The notes under the pieces: model-generated
What the model saw: only the letters and a program-made list of their open reading frames with translations
Databases searched by the model: none
What the model was told of the DNA's origin: nothing
Shown here: positions 48,724-57,826 of the stretch, piece after piece
How the letters are laid out: every line of letters begins with the position of its first letter
Numbering within the stretch: position 1 is the first letter of the stretch
Assembly: GCA_965248575.1 (NCBI GenBank)
Contig: CBDFJQ010000002.1
Coordinates: forward strand, 2,240,001 to 2,304,000
DNA from: Planctomycetota bacterium
GTDB taxonomy: Bacteria; Planctomycetota; B15-G4
Length of the DNA stretch: 64,000 nt
Reading direction: 5' to 3'
Made by a program: the position numbers and the translations under genes

Positions 48724-51700
48724 GTGGCAAATCGCAGCGCCCTCTTCATCGCCGTTCTGGCCCTGGGCCTCGCCGGCTGGCACGCCCTCGGGCTCCTGGA
48801 CCGCCGGCTCGAACCCCTGGTCCCGTCGGCCTACGGCATCGTCGAAATGCGCCTGCCCGGCGTCTCCGCGGCCGAGTTGGAGCGCGTTCTCACAGTGCCG
48901 CTGGAGCGCGAGCTTCTGCGCCTGCCCATAGTCTTGGACAGTTGGACCGAGACCCGGGATGGGCTGGTGCTCATCCATCTGGAGTGCGAGGCCGACGCCG
49001 TCGAGTCGGGCGTGGCATGGGCAAGCATCGAAGAACGCTTGCACCGACAGGCAGATGTCTGGAGCGACGACTTCATCGGTCTCACGGGCCCTGTCTTGCA
49101 TCGACCCTCAGAGCAGTGGGCCGAGGCCCTGGTCACCGTGGCTCACGAAAAGGGCGAAGAAGGTGACGGGGTCCCGCTGGCCTCGGCGCGCCGCCTCGCT
49201 GCGCACCTGACGTCCCTGCCCGGCGTGGGACACGTGGAGTTGTTCGGTCGCCCTCAAGACCAGATCGTGCTCACGTACGACGACTCCGACCTTGTCAGCG
49301 CTGGCCTGACGCCCATGGAGTTCCGGGAGTACCTCCGCGCTCAGCACGTGCTCGCCCCCGGCGCCTATCTCACCAGCGGCGGCCTCATCCAGCCGCTGGA
49401 AACGGTGTCTCGCATCCGTGACTTCGAGGAGCTGCAGCAGCTCCCCGTGCGCGACCCCGCAGACGGCGACCCCGTTTCCCTCAGCCGCCTGCTGGACGTG
49501 AAGCGCGAGCCGCTGCGGCCCACCGTCGACCGCCTTCGTGCAGATGGTCAACTGGCCATGGCGCTCGCGGTCCATCGCGCCCCGGACGCCGATCTGGCCA
49601 GCTTCTCGCGCAGCGTGCGAGCGGCCATCGAGGTGCACGAGTCTGCCGAGCCCGTGTGGTGCGAGGCCGTCGTCTTCCAGCCCGACGTGGTGCACGAGGA
49701 GTTCGATCGTTTCGGCTTCAATCTGCTGCAGGGCTTTGTCGTCATCCTGACCCTGCTGGTGTTGAGCCTCGGACTGCGCGTGGGTCTGTCCGTTGCCGTC
49801 GTGTTGCCGTTCGTCGTGCTCACCAGCTTCGTGGTGATGCACGCGGCAGGCTTGAGCCTCGATGTCGTGTCGCTCTCCAGCTTCATCCTCGTGCTGGGAT
49901 TGCTCGTCGACAACCACATCGTGATGGCGGAGCGCATTCGGAGACTCTCCGAGCAAGGTGTGTCGCGCGTCGACGCCATGGCCCGAGCAGGGCGCGAACT
50001 CATCGCGCCCCTGTCTGCCGCCGCCATCACCACCGCCTTGGGCTTCCTGCCCGTCGTGCTGACTGACGACCCCATCGGCCACTACGTCAGTGCGCTCTTC
50101 TGGGTGGTGCTCATCACCCTCACGATCTCATTGCTGTTCTGCTTCTTCGTCACGCCCAAACTGCAACCTGCGGCAAGCGCCTCTGCCCAACAGCCGACGC
50201 AACCGGAGTGGGTCTGGGAGCGGCGCTACAAGGCCGTGCTCAAGCTGGCTTTCGCGAGACCATTGCCTGTTCTCCTGCTCGTGCTCGCCGTCTGCGCCTC
50301 GGGTTGGATGTTGCTCTCCTCGCGGGAACAGATCTTCTTCCCCGTCACGGCTCGTCCGCTGTGGCTGCTGGAGATCGAAGGTGCCCAGGGGGTCGAGGTC
50401 GAAGGCACGGAGCAGATCACCCACGACCTCGAGTTGCTGCTTGCCGAGGAGCGCGGCTTGAGCGACAGCGCCCTACGGCACGGTGTGAGCTTCGTGGGCC
50501 GCTCGGCCCCCCCGCTGCAGGCCAGCATTCCCTACCTGGAGTACGCGCCCCACTACGCGCAAGTGCTGCTCCAACTCGACCCAGATCGGGATGCCGCCGG
50601 CTTCGAGCAACGCCTTCGGACCTGGATGGCCTCCCACGAAGACACGGCCCGCCTACGCTTGCGGCCTGTGGAGCTGGGCATGCCCATCACGTGGCCAGTC
50701 CAGATCGAGGTGCGCGGCCCCCTGGAAGGGCTGCACGAATTGGCGGGCGAGGTGGCAGGACGGCTTCGCGCCGCAGGCTGCATCAATGTGTCTTCGGATT
50801 GGGCCGAGCCCGCTCTCAAGCTGGCGGTGGAACCCGACCGCGTGGCCCTGGCCGATCGTGACCTGACCGTGGGCGACGTCAGCTTGGGCATGCACAGCGT
50901 GGTGCACGGGTTGCCGTTGTTCGACCTGCTCGAGGATGGGGAGCGCACGCCTGTCATGTTGCGGGCACAGGTTCGTCGCAAGCGCGAGCGCGAAGCTCTT
51001 GCCGACGCGTACATCTACCCTCGCAAGGGCGACCCGTCCCTGCTGTATGAGGTCGCAGAGGTCAGGGAGATCCATGACTACCCCGTGCGGGCTCGCCGCG
51101 CCGGCTATCCCGCAGTCACTCTTCGTGGCGAGACCGCCGACCCTGGCCAGGCATTGGCGATCGAGAAGGCACTGGTCGCTGGGCTTGGCGACCTGCGCGA
51201 CGAGCACCGGGCCTGGTCGTTCACGCCACAGGGCGTGTCGGCCTCATCCAGCCGTGCCAATCGCGCCATGCTCGACGAGGTTCCGTGGGCGTTGCTGGCC
51301 ATTCTGTTGTGCCTGCTGGCTCAATCGCGTTCGCTGATCGAAACCGGTTTGGTTCTGCTGACGGTGCCCTTGTCCTTGGCAGGCGTCGCGTTCGGCCTGA
51401 CCGCTCTGGGCGAACCCTTCAGCTTCATGACCCTCGTGGGGATGACGGCGCTGGCAGGCATCGTCGTGAACAACGCCATCGTGCTGCTGTCGAGCATCCG
51501 CAGGCGCGCCGAGGAGGCCGGTCATTGGTCGCAAGACATCGTGATTGAGAGCGCGGCCCACCGCCTGCGCCCCATCTTGCTCACGACCTTTTGCGCCTTG
51601 GCGAGCATGGCCGTCTTGCAACTCTCGGGGGGCGCCATGTGGCGCCCCCTGGCTACGGCTGTCATCAGCGGCTTGGCTGTTTCCACCTCGCTGGTGCTGT

Positions 51701-51762
51701 TCGTACTCCCCGTGCTGTATGGGGTGGCCATGGGTTGGGCGCGAGGCTGGCAGAAGAGCTGA
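48724..51762 (+). CDS. RND efflux transporter permease (AcrB/AcrD/AcrF family)
   Basis: 1012 aa; PGVSAAELE, LGLLVDNHIV, GFLP, GIVVNNAIVL, RLRPILLT, PLATAVISGL. Confidence 0.92.
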   Translation: MANRSALFIAVLALGLAGWHALGLLDRRLEPLVPSAYGIVEMRLPGVSAAELERVLTVPLERELLRLPIVLDSWTETRDGLVLIHLECEADAVESGVAWASIEERLHRQADVWSDDFIGLTGPVLHRPSEQWAEALVTVAHEKGEEGDGVPLASARRLAAHLTSLPGVGHVELFGRPQDQIVLTYDDSDLVSAGLTPMEFREYLRAQHVLAPGAYLTSGGLIQPLETVSRIRDFEELQQLPVRDPADGDPVSLSRLLDVKREPLRPTVDRLRADGQLAMALAVHRAPDADLASFSRSVRAAIEVHESAEPVWCEAVVFQPDVVHEEFDRFGFNLLQGFVVILTLLVLSLGLRVGLSVAVVLPFVVLTSFVVMHAAGLSLDVVSLSSFILVLGLLVDNHIVMAERIRRLSEQGVSRVDAMARAGRELIAPLSAAAITTALGFLPVVLTDDPIGHYVSALFWVVLITLTISLLFCFFVTPKLQPAASASAQQPTQPEWVWERRYKAVLKLAFARPLPVLLLVLAVCASGWMLLSSREQIFFPVTARPLWLLEIEGAQGVEVEGTEQITHDLELLLAEERGLSDSALRHGVSFVGRSAPPLQASIPYLEYAPHYAQVLLQLDPDRDAAGFEQRLRTWMASHEDTARLRLRPVELGMPITWPVQIEVRGPLEGLHELAGEVAGRLRAAGCINVSSDWAEPALKLAVEPDRVALADRDLTVGDVSLGMHSVVHGLPLFDLLEDGERTPVMLRAQVRRKREREALADAYIYPRKGDPSLLYEVAEVREIHDYPVRARRAGYPAVTLRGETADPGQALAIEKALVAGLGDLRDEHRAWSFTPQGVSASSSRANRAMLDEVPWALLAILLCLLAQSRSLIETGLVLLTVPLSLAGVAFGLTALGEPFSFMTLVGMTALAGIVVNNAIVLLSSIRRRAEEAGHWSQDIVIESAAHRLRPILLTTFCALASMAVLQLSGGAMWRPLATAVISGLAVSTSLVLFVLPVLYGVAMGWARGWQKS

Positions 51763-51837
51763 GGCCCGTAAGGATCGGGCTTTGCGCCACGTGCTGTACC
51801 CTTTGAGGCGACCACTCAATCTGGCCTGGGGGACAGG

Positions 51838-53247
51838 ATGTCGAAGATCGAGAACATCGTCGTTGTCATGCTGGAGAACCGCTCCTTTGACAACATGCTC
51901 GGGGCTGTTTCCGGCCTCAGCCCGGGGCAGTACACGAACCAGGATCTGCGCGGGAAACTGATCCCCACTTGGGGTGCGCCTGGCGACCCGACGACCATCC
52001 CTGCCGTCGACCCCTTCGAAGTCTTCGACGACATGGCGCAGCAGATTCTCGGCTTGGGATCTGTGATTGCGGACACCAACCCCTATTCAAACCCGCGGGA
52101 AAAGTACGGTGCGATGGGCGGGTTCGTCGTCAACTACCAGCGCAAGAAGGACGCACCGAAGAAGGATGTCATGCACATCTTCGACCCTTCCTCAGTCCCG
52201 GTGACCACGTGGCTGGCCCAGAACTTCGCGGTCTGCGATCAGTGGTTCGGTTCCGTGCCGACACAAACCTTTGCGAACCGGATGTTCGCGCAGTGCGCGA
52301 ACCCCGGAAAAGACGCGCTGGGCAACAGCTACATCGATGATTTCCAGTATGCAGTCGACTTCGAGTTCGGGAAGGGCAAGCGCCTTCCGAGCATCTTCCA
52401 GCGACTCGACACGGTCATGGGGACCGCCAAGCAGCCCAATTGGAAGCTCTACTTCCATGACTACGCCATCAGCGGCCGGCTGCTGGAGTACGTCCGACAG
52501 AACTTCTCGGACCCGAAGAACATCAACGTCGCCAACTATAGTCACGCCGACTACCCGGCGGATGCGCCGAAGCCCAAGCATGGCCCGCCCGTCGTAAACC
52601 CGCTCGCCAATCCGGGCAACACATTCCTTGAGGACGTGCTGGGCGGTTCGCTCGCCCCCTACACCTTCATCGAGCCCCGGTATAGCGACAACTACAGCAC
52701 CGATGAATCCCAGATGATGCCGGGGCTGCGCGCGAACAGTAACCATCCAGGGCCCAGTGCCTATGTCGACGCCAAGGTGCCTGCCACCGGTAACGTCATT
52801 GACGTGGCCGACGGTGAACTCCTGTTGCTCGATATCTACCTGGCCTTGCGAACCAGCGACTACTGGGAGAAGACACTGCTCATCGTCACCTACGATGAGC
52901 ACGGTGGCTGCTTCGACCACGTTCCCCCACCTGCCGCGACCAAACCCGGTATTCCACGCACCGGCTCGGGCTTCAACTTCGACGTCTTCGGCCCCCGTGT
53001 CCCGACGCTCATCATCTCGCCCTTCGTCTCACCGAACTCCATCATTTCTCCGCCCGGGTCGACGCCCTTCGACCACACATCGATCATCAAGACGGTGTGG
53101 GACAACTTCGACCTGACGACGACCGGGCACTCATCGCTCAACAATAGGGACGCCGCCGCCCCGAGCGTCTTGCATGGACTCGACTTCTCGTTGCAGAACA
53201 ACCCGGTCGGTGAGCCCGCGCCTTGGCAGCCTGGGGCGTCGCCGTAG
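51838..53247 (+). CDS. Phosphoesterase family protein (non-specific phospholipase C / acid phosphatase)
   Basis: IVVVMLENRSFDNMLG, FAVCDQWF, TFANR, TYDEHGGCFDHVPPP, GPRVP, FDHTSI; no signal peptide. Confidence 0.92.
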   Translation: MSKIENIVVVMLENRSFDNMLGAVSGLSPGQYTNQDLRGKLIPTWGAPGDPTTIPAVDPFEVFDDMAQQILGLGSVIADTNPYSNPREKYGAMGGFVVNYQRKKDAPKKDVMHIFDPSSVPVTTWLAQNFAVCDQWFGSVPTQTFANRMFAQCANPGKDALGNSYIDDFQYAVDFEFGKGKRLPSIFQRLDTVMGTAKQPNWKLYFHDYAISGRLLEYVRQNFSDPKNINVANYSHADYPADAPKPKHGPPVVNPLANPGNTFLEDVLGGSLAPYTFIEPRYSDNYSTDESQMMPGLRANSNHPGPSAYVDAKVPATGNVIDVADGELLLLDIYLALRTSDYWEKTLLIVTYDEHGGCFDHVPPPAATKPGIPRTGSGFNFDVFGPRVPTLIISPFVSPNSIISPPGSTPFDHTSIIKTVWDNFDLTTTGHSSLNNRDAAAPSVLHGLDFSLQNNPVGEPAPWQPGASP

Positions 53248-53382
53248 AGTTCGAAGTACACGCCGGTGGCCGGCAGAAACGGCAACACGGGGTCGTATCA
53301 GCGGATGGATCCAGAGATCGAATGGTCTAAGCTCTGCTGATCCGAGCAGGAGCTGCTCGCGACTCATGCACCGCGCCTGGGA

Positions 53383-54318
53383 ATGACCATGAACATTCGT
53401 ATCAACCTTTCTCGTTCGAGTTTCAGCCCCGCACTGCGCGTTGGGCTTCTCATCGGTTGCGTCTTGTTTGTCGGAGCCGAATCGACCCTGGGGCAGTCAG
53501 CGCCTGAAGGCTCGAGCCCGCCTCCGCTCACCGCCAAGAAAGCATCCGGCAAACTCAAGAAGGCGATTGCTGGCCATCTGAAGTACCAGAAGGGCGAATA
53601 CTCCGACATCATGGAGGAGTTCTGCGAGCAGGTGGATCTGCTCACGGACATCCTCAAGGAGGGCGCCTTCAAGGTGGACGAAGTGATGGAGGCCATGATC
53701 AACGAGATGGGAGTGGCCCTACGCGACATCAACGACGTGCACAACGACGTCGTCAACCAGACGAACTTCGATGCCGAGCAGCTTCTTGTTCAACTGGACT
53801 CGTCGCAGGGATTCCCCGACGCCTTCATCATGGGCGAGTGCGACACCCTCGACAAAGGACTGGCGAAGGCGGGCAAGGCGGCAGAAATCGCCGTCAAGAA
53901 GATGCGCGCCAAGCTCAAGGCCTTCAACAAGAAGGCCATGAAGGCCGCCGAACTCGCCACCATCGGCCATGTGGACACGCCTGATCCCGTCTCCATCGCA
54001 CCGAACCCGGACCACCCGGCGGGCCCCCCCGTCAAGGATCTCAAGGCTGGCGCGACGTTCAGCTCAAGCGAAGGCAATGTATGCCTGACCGGCACCTACA
54101 GCGGAGACTCCGGAGTCAGTGTGGATGTCACCGTCATGGTGGGCGGCATGCCCTTCACGCTCGGCGCCACGACGAGCGGCTGCACCTGGCAAGTGTGCTT
54201 CTCCGATGGCTCAGGCCTGGATGCTCCGCTTGACCCGGGCAACTACTCCTTCGAAATCCGCGAGTTCGACGTGGACGGGACCCTCGACTCCATCTGCACG
54301 TCTGCTGGCGTGCCGTAG
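53383..54318 (+). CDS. Secreted hypothetical protein, remote paralogue of 17044..17949
   Basis: Signal peptide; helical Lys-rich N-half with FPDAFIMGECDTLD; Cys-containing beta C-half. Confidence 0.78.
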   Translation: MTMNIRINLSRSSFSPALRVGLLIGCVLFVGAESTLGQSAPEGSSPPPLTAKKASGKLKKAIAGHLKYQKGEYSDIMEEFCEQVDLLTDILKEGAFKVDEVMEAMINEMGVALRDINDVHNDVVNQTNFDAEQLLVQLDSSQGFPDAFIMGECDTLDKGLAKAGKAAEIAVKKMRAKLKAFNKKAMKAAELATIGHVDTPDPVSIAPNPDHPAGPPVKDLKAGATFSSSEGNVCLTGTYSGDSGVSVDVTVMVGGMPFTLGATTSGCTWQVCFSDGSGLDAPLDPGNYSFEIREFDVDGTLDSICTSAGVP

Positions 54319-54333
54319 GCAAAGTCGTCGGAG

Positions 54334-54364
54334 GCGCCGGCCTTGTTGGTGATGAGGCCGGCGC
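54334..54364 (+). terminator. GC-rich hairpin after 53383..54318
   Basis: gcgccggcct-N11-aggccggcgc; no U-tract. Confidence 0.35.
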
Positions 54365-54596
54365 GCCGACAACTCCGGAAGAGCCGTTCCGAACGCCGTG
54401 CAGAAAGCTCATCGAGAGCTGGTTCTGCTTGACGAAAAGACGGCGAAAGTGTGAGCCGGGACACGCCCCAGTCTGCCTGCGGGTGTTCGTTCAAGGCCGA
54501 GGCGCCCAACGAGCCCAACGCATACTTTTGGGATACCTTGCACCGGCCCGCGAGCCGCCACGCGGGTCGTCAGAAACCGGAAGTCTGATCGTCTCC

Positions 54597-54617
54597 GGCA
54601 GATCATGATGATCTGCC
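54597..54617. promoter_or_regulatory. Perfect 21-bp palindrome, candidate operator
   Basis: GGCAGATCAT-G-ATGATCTGCC, about 80 nt upstream of ATG 54699. Confidence 0.45.
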
Positions 54618-54698
54618 CCTTCAGTGATCCGGGAAGACACACCATCGATGGTCGACGGTCTCGGGTCTTGAAGAGGCAGATACAGGAGACCCGTGTTC

Positions 54699-54950
54699 AT
54701 GCAGACGAAAACCTATCTAGCCAAGACGTTCGTCCTCGGATTCGCGACGGCCGCCCTGGTGCTGGGCGCCATCACCTTGACCTCCCCTGCTGTGAGCGCA
54801 CAGGGGCCCGGCGGCCCCCTCTGCGGCCCGACCCTTCAATGGTCATGCAGCAAGATCGGAGGGCCCTCGCAGTTGTTCGTCGGAACAGTCTGCGCCAAGA
54901 AGCGCTTCGAGAAGAAGACCGGCACGAGCTGCGTGCCGCTCGGTAGCTGA
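54699..54950 (+). CDS. Small secreted cationic peptide with four cysteines
   Basis: AGGAG RBS; 34 aa signal peptide ending AVSA; 49 aa mature part with 4 Cys, 5 Lys, 1 Arg, 1 Glu. Confidence 0.8.
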   Translation: MQTKTYLAKTFVLGFATAALVLGAITLTSPAVSAQGPGGPLCGPTLQWSCSKIGGPSQLFVGTVCAKKRFEKKTGTSCVPLGS

Positions 54951-54980
54951 GCCGTACGCGTCACGCGTTCGGATGATCAT

Positions 54981-55011
54981 AATCCGGCGCCGGCTTTCCC
55001 GGCGCCGGATT
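54981..55011 (+). terminator. Perfect 13-bp stem hairpin between peptide and redoxin genes
   Basis: aatccggcgccgg-ctttc-ccggcgccggatt; weak U-tract. Confidence 0.55.
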
Positions 55012-55036
55012 CCCTCCAGCTGCAGGGAGAGCCCCC

Positions 55037-55609
55037 GTGCGTCACGCGGCTTCGGAGACCAACGGCTTTCGCAATGGGCTGAGCGTGTGTTGCATCGGCC
55101 TTGGTGTTCTCGTGATCGGTCTCTCCCTACGCATCCGAGCCTTCGAGGTCGAGGTTGCCAAGCTCTCCGAACAAGTCCGCGGCTCTTCACGCGTGGCGCT
55201 GGTTGAGGGAGAGCCCCTGCCATCGATCAGCCTCTTCGATGTGCAGGGTCAACCTCTCGAACCCCTCGGTGGCGCCACCGATAGGGGCACACTGCTGTTC
55301 ATCTCGTCGCAGAGCTGCGATGCGTGCAAGCAAGTGCGCCCCCTGTGGGATGAGATCGCGGGCGCGTTTCGCGGTGCCCCCTTGGCCATGCTCGAGCTCG
55401 TCCTGGAGGCGCAACCCGGTTCTCTGGTTGGCCGTCAGGAGCTCTATCCACTGGCGGTCCCAGGCACCGATCAATGGTCCCTGGTCAACAAACTCCAGGG
55501 CGTTCCAGCTGCCCTGCTCGTGGACGCCAACGGCGTCGTTCGGCGTGCCTTCTACGGCTCACCGCACACGGGCTTGCGACAAGCTGTCGAGCAATTCCTG
55601 TTTCGCTAG
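55037..55609 (+). CDS. Membrane-anchored thioredoxin-fold (TlpA/redoxin-like) protein
   Basis: N-terminal TM; GEPLPSISL, CDAC, GVPAALLVDANGVV. Confidence 0.85.
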   Translation: MRHAASETNGFRNGLSVCCIGLGVLVIGLSLRIRAFEVEVAKLSEQVRGSSRVALVEGEPLPSISLFDVQGQPLEPLGGATDRGTLLFISSQSCDACKQVRPLWDEIAGAFRGAPLAMLELVLEAQPGSLVGRQELYPLAVPGTDQWSLVNKLQGVPAALLVDANGVVRRAFYGSPHTGLRQAVEQFLFR

Positions 55610-57550
55610 CGGGTCACGCTGAGACTGCTCGGCGGCTGGAACACCTGAGATCACGAACGCGCGCCCACGGGGTGGTCCCGAGAAGTTGCCGCCTGTCGCC
55701 CCAACCACGAAGTCCATCTCTCCGTCACCGTCGAAGTCGCCTGCGCTGCGCACATCAACGCCGAAGCGGCGATCCGGAGTGAGCGGGCTCATCGTGCGGA
55801 TCAGGCTACCGGTCGCACCCGAGTAGAGATAGACCCTGCCAGCGTTGCTGGCGATGGTATCGGCGCTCCACGACCCGACGATCACGTCGGCATGGCGGTC
55901 GCCGTCCACATCGTCGATGAGACGCCCCGAACCGAACCCGCCTCCGTCGGCGTTCCCGTCGACGGTGAACAGGTGGGTTCCATCTGCTCCGGAGAAGACT
56001 GAGGCCAAGTTGTTGGCGCGATCACCCACCAGGATGTCGGGCACACCGTCCAGGTTGACGTCCTTGCCGGCGTCGATGCGGTCGCCGCCGAGATTGAATC
56101 CCATGCCCACGTCCTCAATGACGTAGAGCACGACGGGAGCCTCCCCGTCATGGGAGTAGACCCGGGCCTGCCCGGCGAAGAAGTCATTCGCCAGGCGATT
56201 GCCCACGACGAACTCATCCCGGCCGTCCGGTGGCACACTGATGTCTCCGAGATAGGCGAGGCCGATGCCCAGCTCGGTGTCCTCGGCAGCACCGTCGATG
56301 GTCTCGAGGATGCTCCCGTCAACGCCGGAGAAGACATACACACGGCCAGCGTGATCCCGTTGGGGCAGGCCCGCATCCAAGAGGATCTCCGAAAGACCGC
56401 CCGAGCCGGCAAAGCTGACGACCATCGAAACGCAGCTCGTCGGGTCGAAGCCGACGTCCTCGAGCGCCGTCGCTGTGGCCAGGAAGCCCGGCTGATCATC
56501 GAGCCGGGTGAGGTCCAGCGTGCCGTGCCCCTCACCGGGATGAAGCGCGGCGTCTCCAGTCCAGCCGCCCGGAACCAGGTACTGCCGCAACAGGCCCGCC
56601 GTGTCAGCCAAGGTCACCATCGCTTCTTGGGGGCCAGGGCAGATGTCGACCAAACCGATGGACTGAACATGTGAAGGCGCTACGAAATCGAAGCGCAGCG
56701 TTCCACCGAGCGCGGAGTCGTCGGGTGCGTCGAAGAGCCCCGGGGTCGACTGCGACGCGTTCTCCTGCAGGATCAGGATCTTCCCTCGACCCACCAGCAG
56801 GTCGGGGTCCGTGGAGAACTGATTGGGGCCTGGCGGGTTGCTGTCGAAGATGGCGGCACCGAACTGGGCGGGCCCGTTGGCGGAAAGGCTGAAGAGCCCA
56901 TCGAAGGTGGCCCCGTCGGAGACCTTCTGGCCATTCGTCAGCACACTGAAGAAATCGCCAGCGGTCTCGAAGTCGACCAGAACTGGTCCGGGCGGCACGT
57001 CGAGCAGGAAGGCGCAGATGAGGATGTCGTCGATGCCGTCGCCGTCGTAGTCACCGCCTGTGGCGATGGCAGCGCCGAAGCCCTCGTCATTGACGTCGCT
57101 GGGGTTGAAGACCTGGAGTGTCTGTCCGTCGACACCCGAGTACACGAACACACGACCGCCGGTGGGTCCGTTGAAGGGCGCACCAGCTACGACGTCGAGC
57201 ACGCCGTCGCCGTTCCAGTCGGTGGTTTCGAGTGAGAATCCCAAGACCCCATTCGAGAGGGACTCGTTCCGCGTCCAGACGATGGTCCCGTCAGCGCCGG
57301 AGTAGACCCGCATCCGTCCTCCCGTTCCGCCAAAGTCCGCTGAGACGGCGAGGTCCGGGACGCCATCGCGAGTCACGTCGCCGACGCTCGTCACCGCCCA
57401 ACCGAAGAAGTCGCCCGTCTCGGGGCTTACGACCTCCCACAGCGCCTCACATTCGGGTTCCAACCACGACTCCTGGCCAGCCGCCCCGATTGTCAAAGCG
57501 AGAAGGAACAGGCTCGAAAGCAGTCTGCGAGGCGTCTTGGGTGAACTCAT
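55559..57550 (-). CDS. Integrin-like FG-GAP beta-propeller protein with large inserted domain
   Basis: Seven FG...GDxxGDG..D..VGA...GRVYxxSG repeats; about 210 aa non-repeat insert within the third repeat. Confidence 0.88.
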   Translation of the reverse strand: MSSPKTPRRLLSSLFLLALTIGAAGQESWLEPECEALWEVVSPETGDFFGWAVTSVGDVTRDGVPDLAVSADFGGTGGRMRVYSGADGTIVWTRNESLSNGVLGFSLETTDWNGDGVLDVVAGAPFNGPTGGRVFVYSGVDGQTLQVFNPSDVNDEGFGAAIATGGDYDGDGIDDILICAFLLDVPPGPVLVDFETAGDFFSVLTNGQKVSDGATFDGLFSLSANGPAQFGAAIFDSNPPGPNQFSTDPDLLVGRGKILILQENASQSTPGLFDAPDDSALGGTLRFDFVAPSHVQSIGLVDICPGPQEAMVTLADTAGLLRQYLVPGGWTGDAALHPGEGHGTLDLTRLDDQPGFLATATALEDVGFDPTSCVSMVVSFAGSGGLSEILLDAGLPQRDHAGRVYVFSGVDGSILETIDGAAEDTELGIGLAYLGDISVPPDGRDEFVVGNRLANDFFAGQARVYSHDGEAPVVLYVIEDVGMGFNLGGDRIDAGKDVNLDGVPDILVGDRANNLASVFSGADGTHLFTVDGNADGGGFGSGRLIDDVDGDRHADVIVGSWSADTIASNAGRVYLYSGATGSLIRTMSPLTPDRRFGVDVRSAGDFDGDGEMDFVVGATGGNFSGPPRGRAFVISGVPAAEQSQRDPLAKQELLDSLSQARVR

Positions 57551-57826
57551 GAGCGCAAGATTCCCAGTGGGTCCGAAGGGAGCCGCGCCAGCAACGTGAC
57601 GAGCGCAGCGATTCGTGGATCAGGGATCCATCAACGGTCCATCAGGGCGCGGTGCAACGCTGCGAGACCCGGCGGCAGGGAGCCCTCTCCCGAGAGAGCC
57701 ACTCCAGGTGACGCCTCGCAGGGGAAGCCACCGACGTACTCATCGCCGCGAATCAAACAACCCTTCCCATCACCTGGTTCGAGAAGAGCCCCACCGGCTC
57801 CCAAGCTTGGGTCGTATGCTGCGGGC

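Noticed and set aside
55559..55609. 51-nt convergent overlap of redoxin and FG-GAP genes
   Set aside because: Short tail-to-tail overlaps are common in GC-rich genomes; no sign of function.
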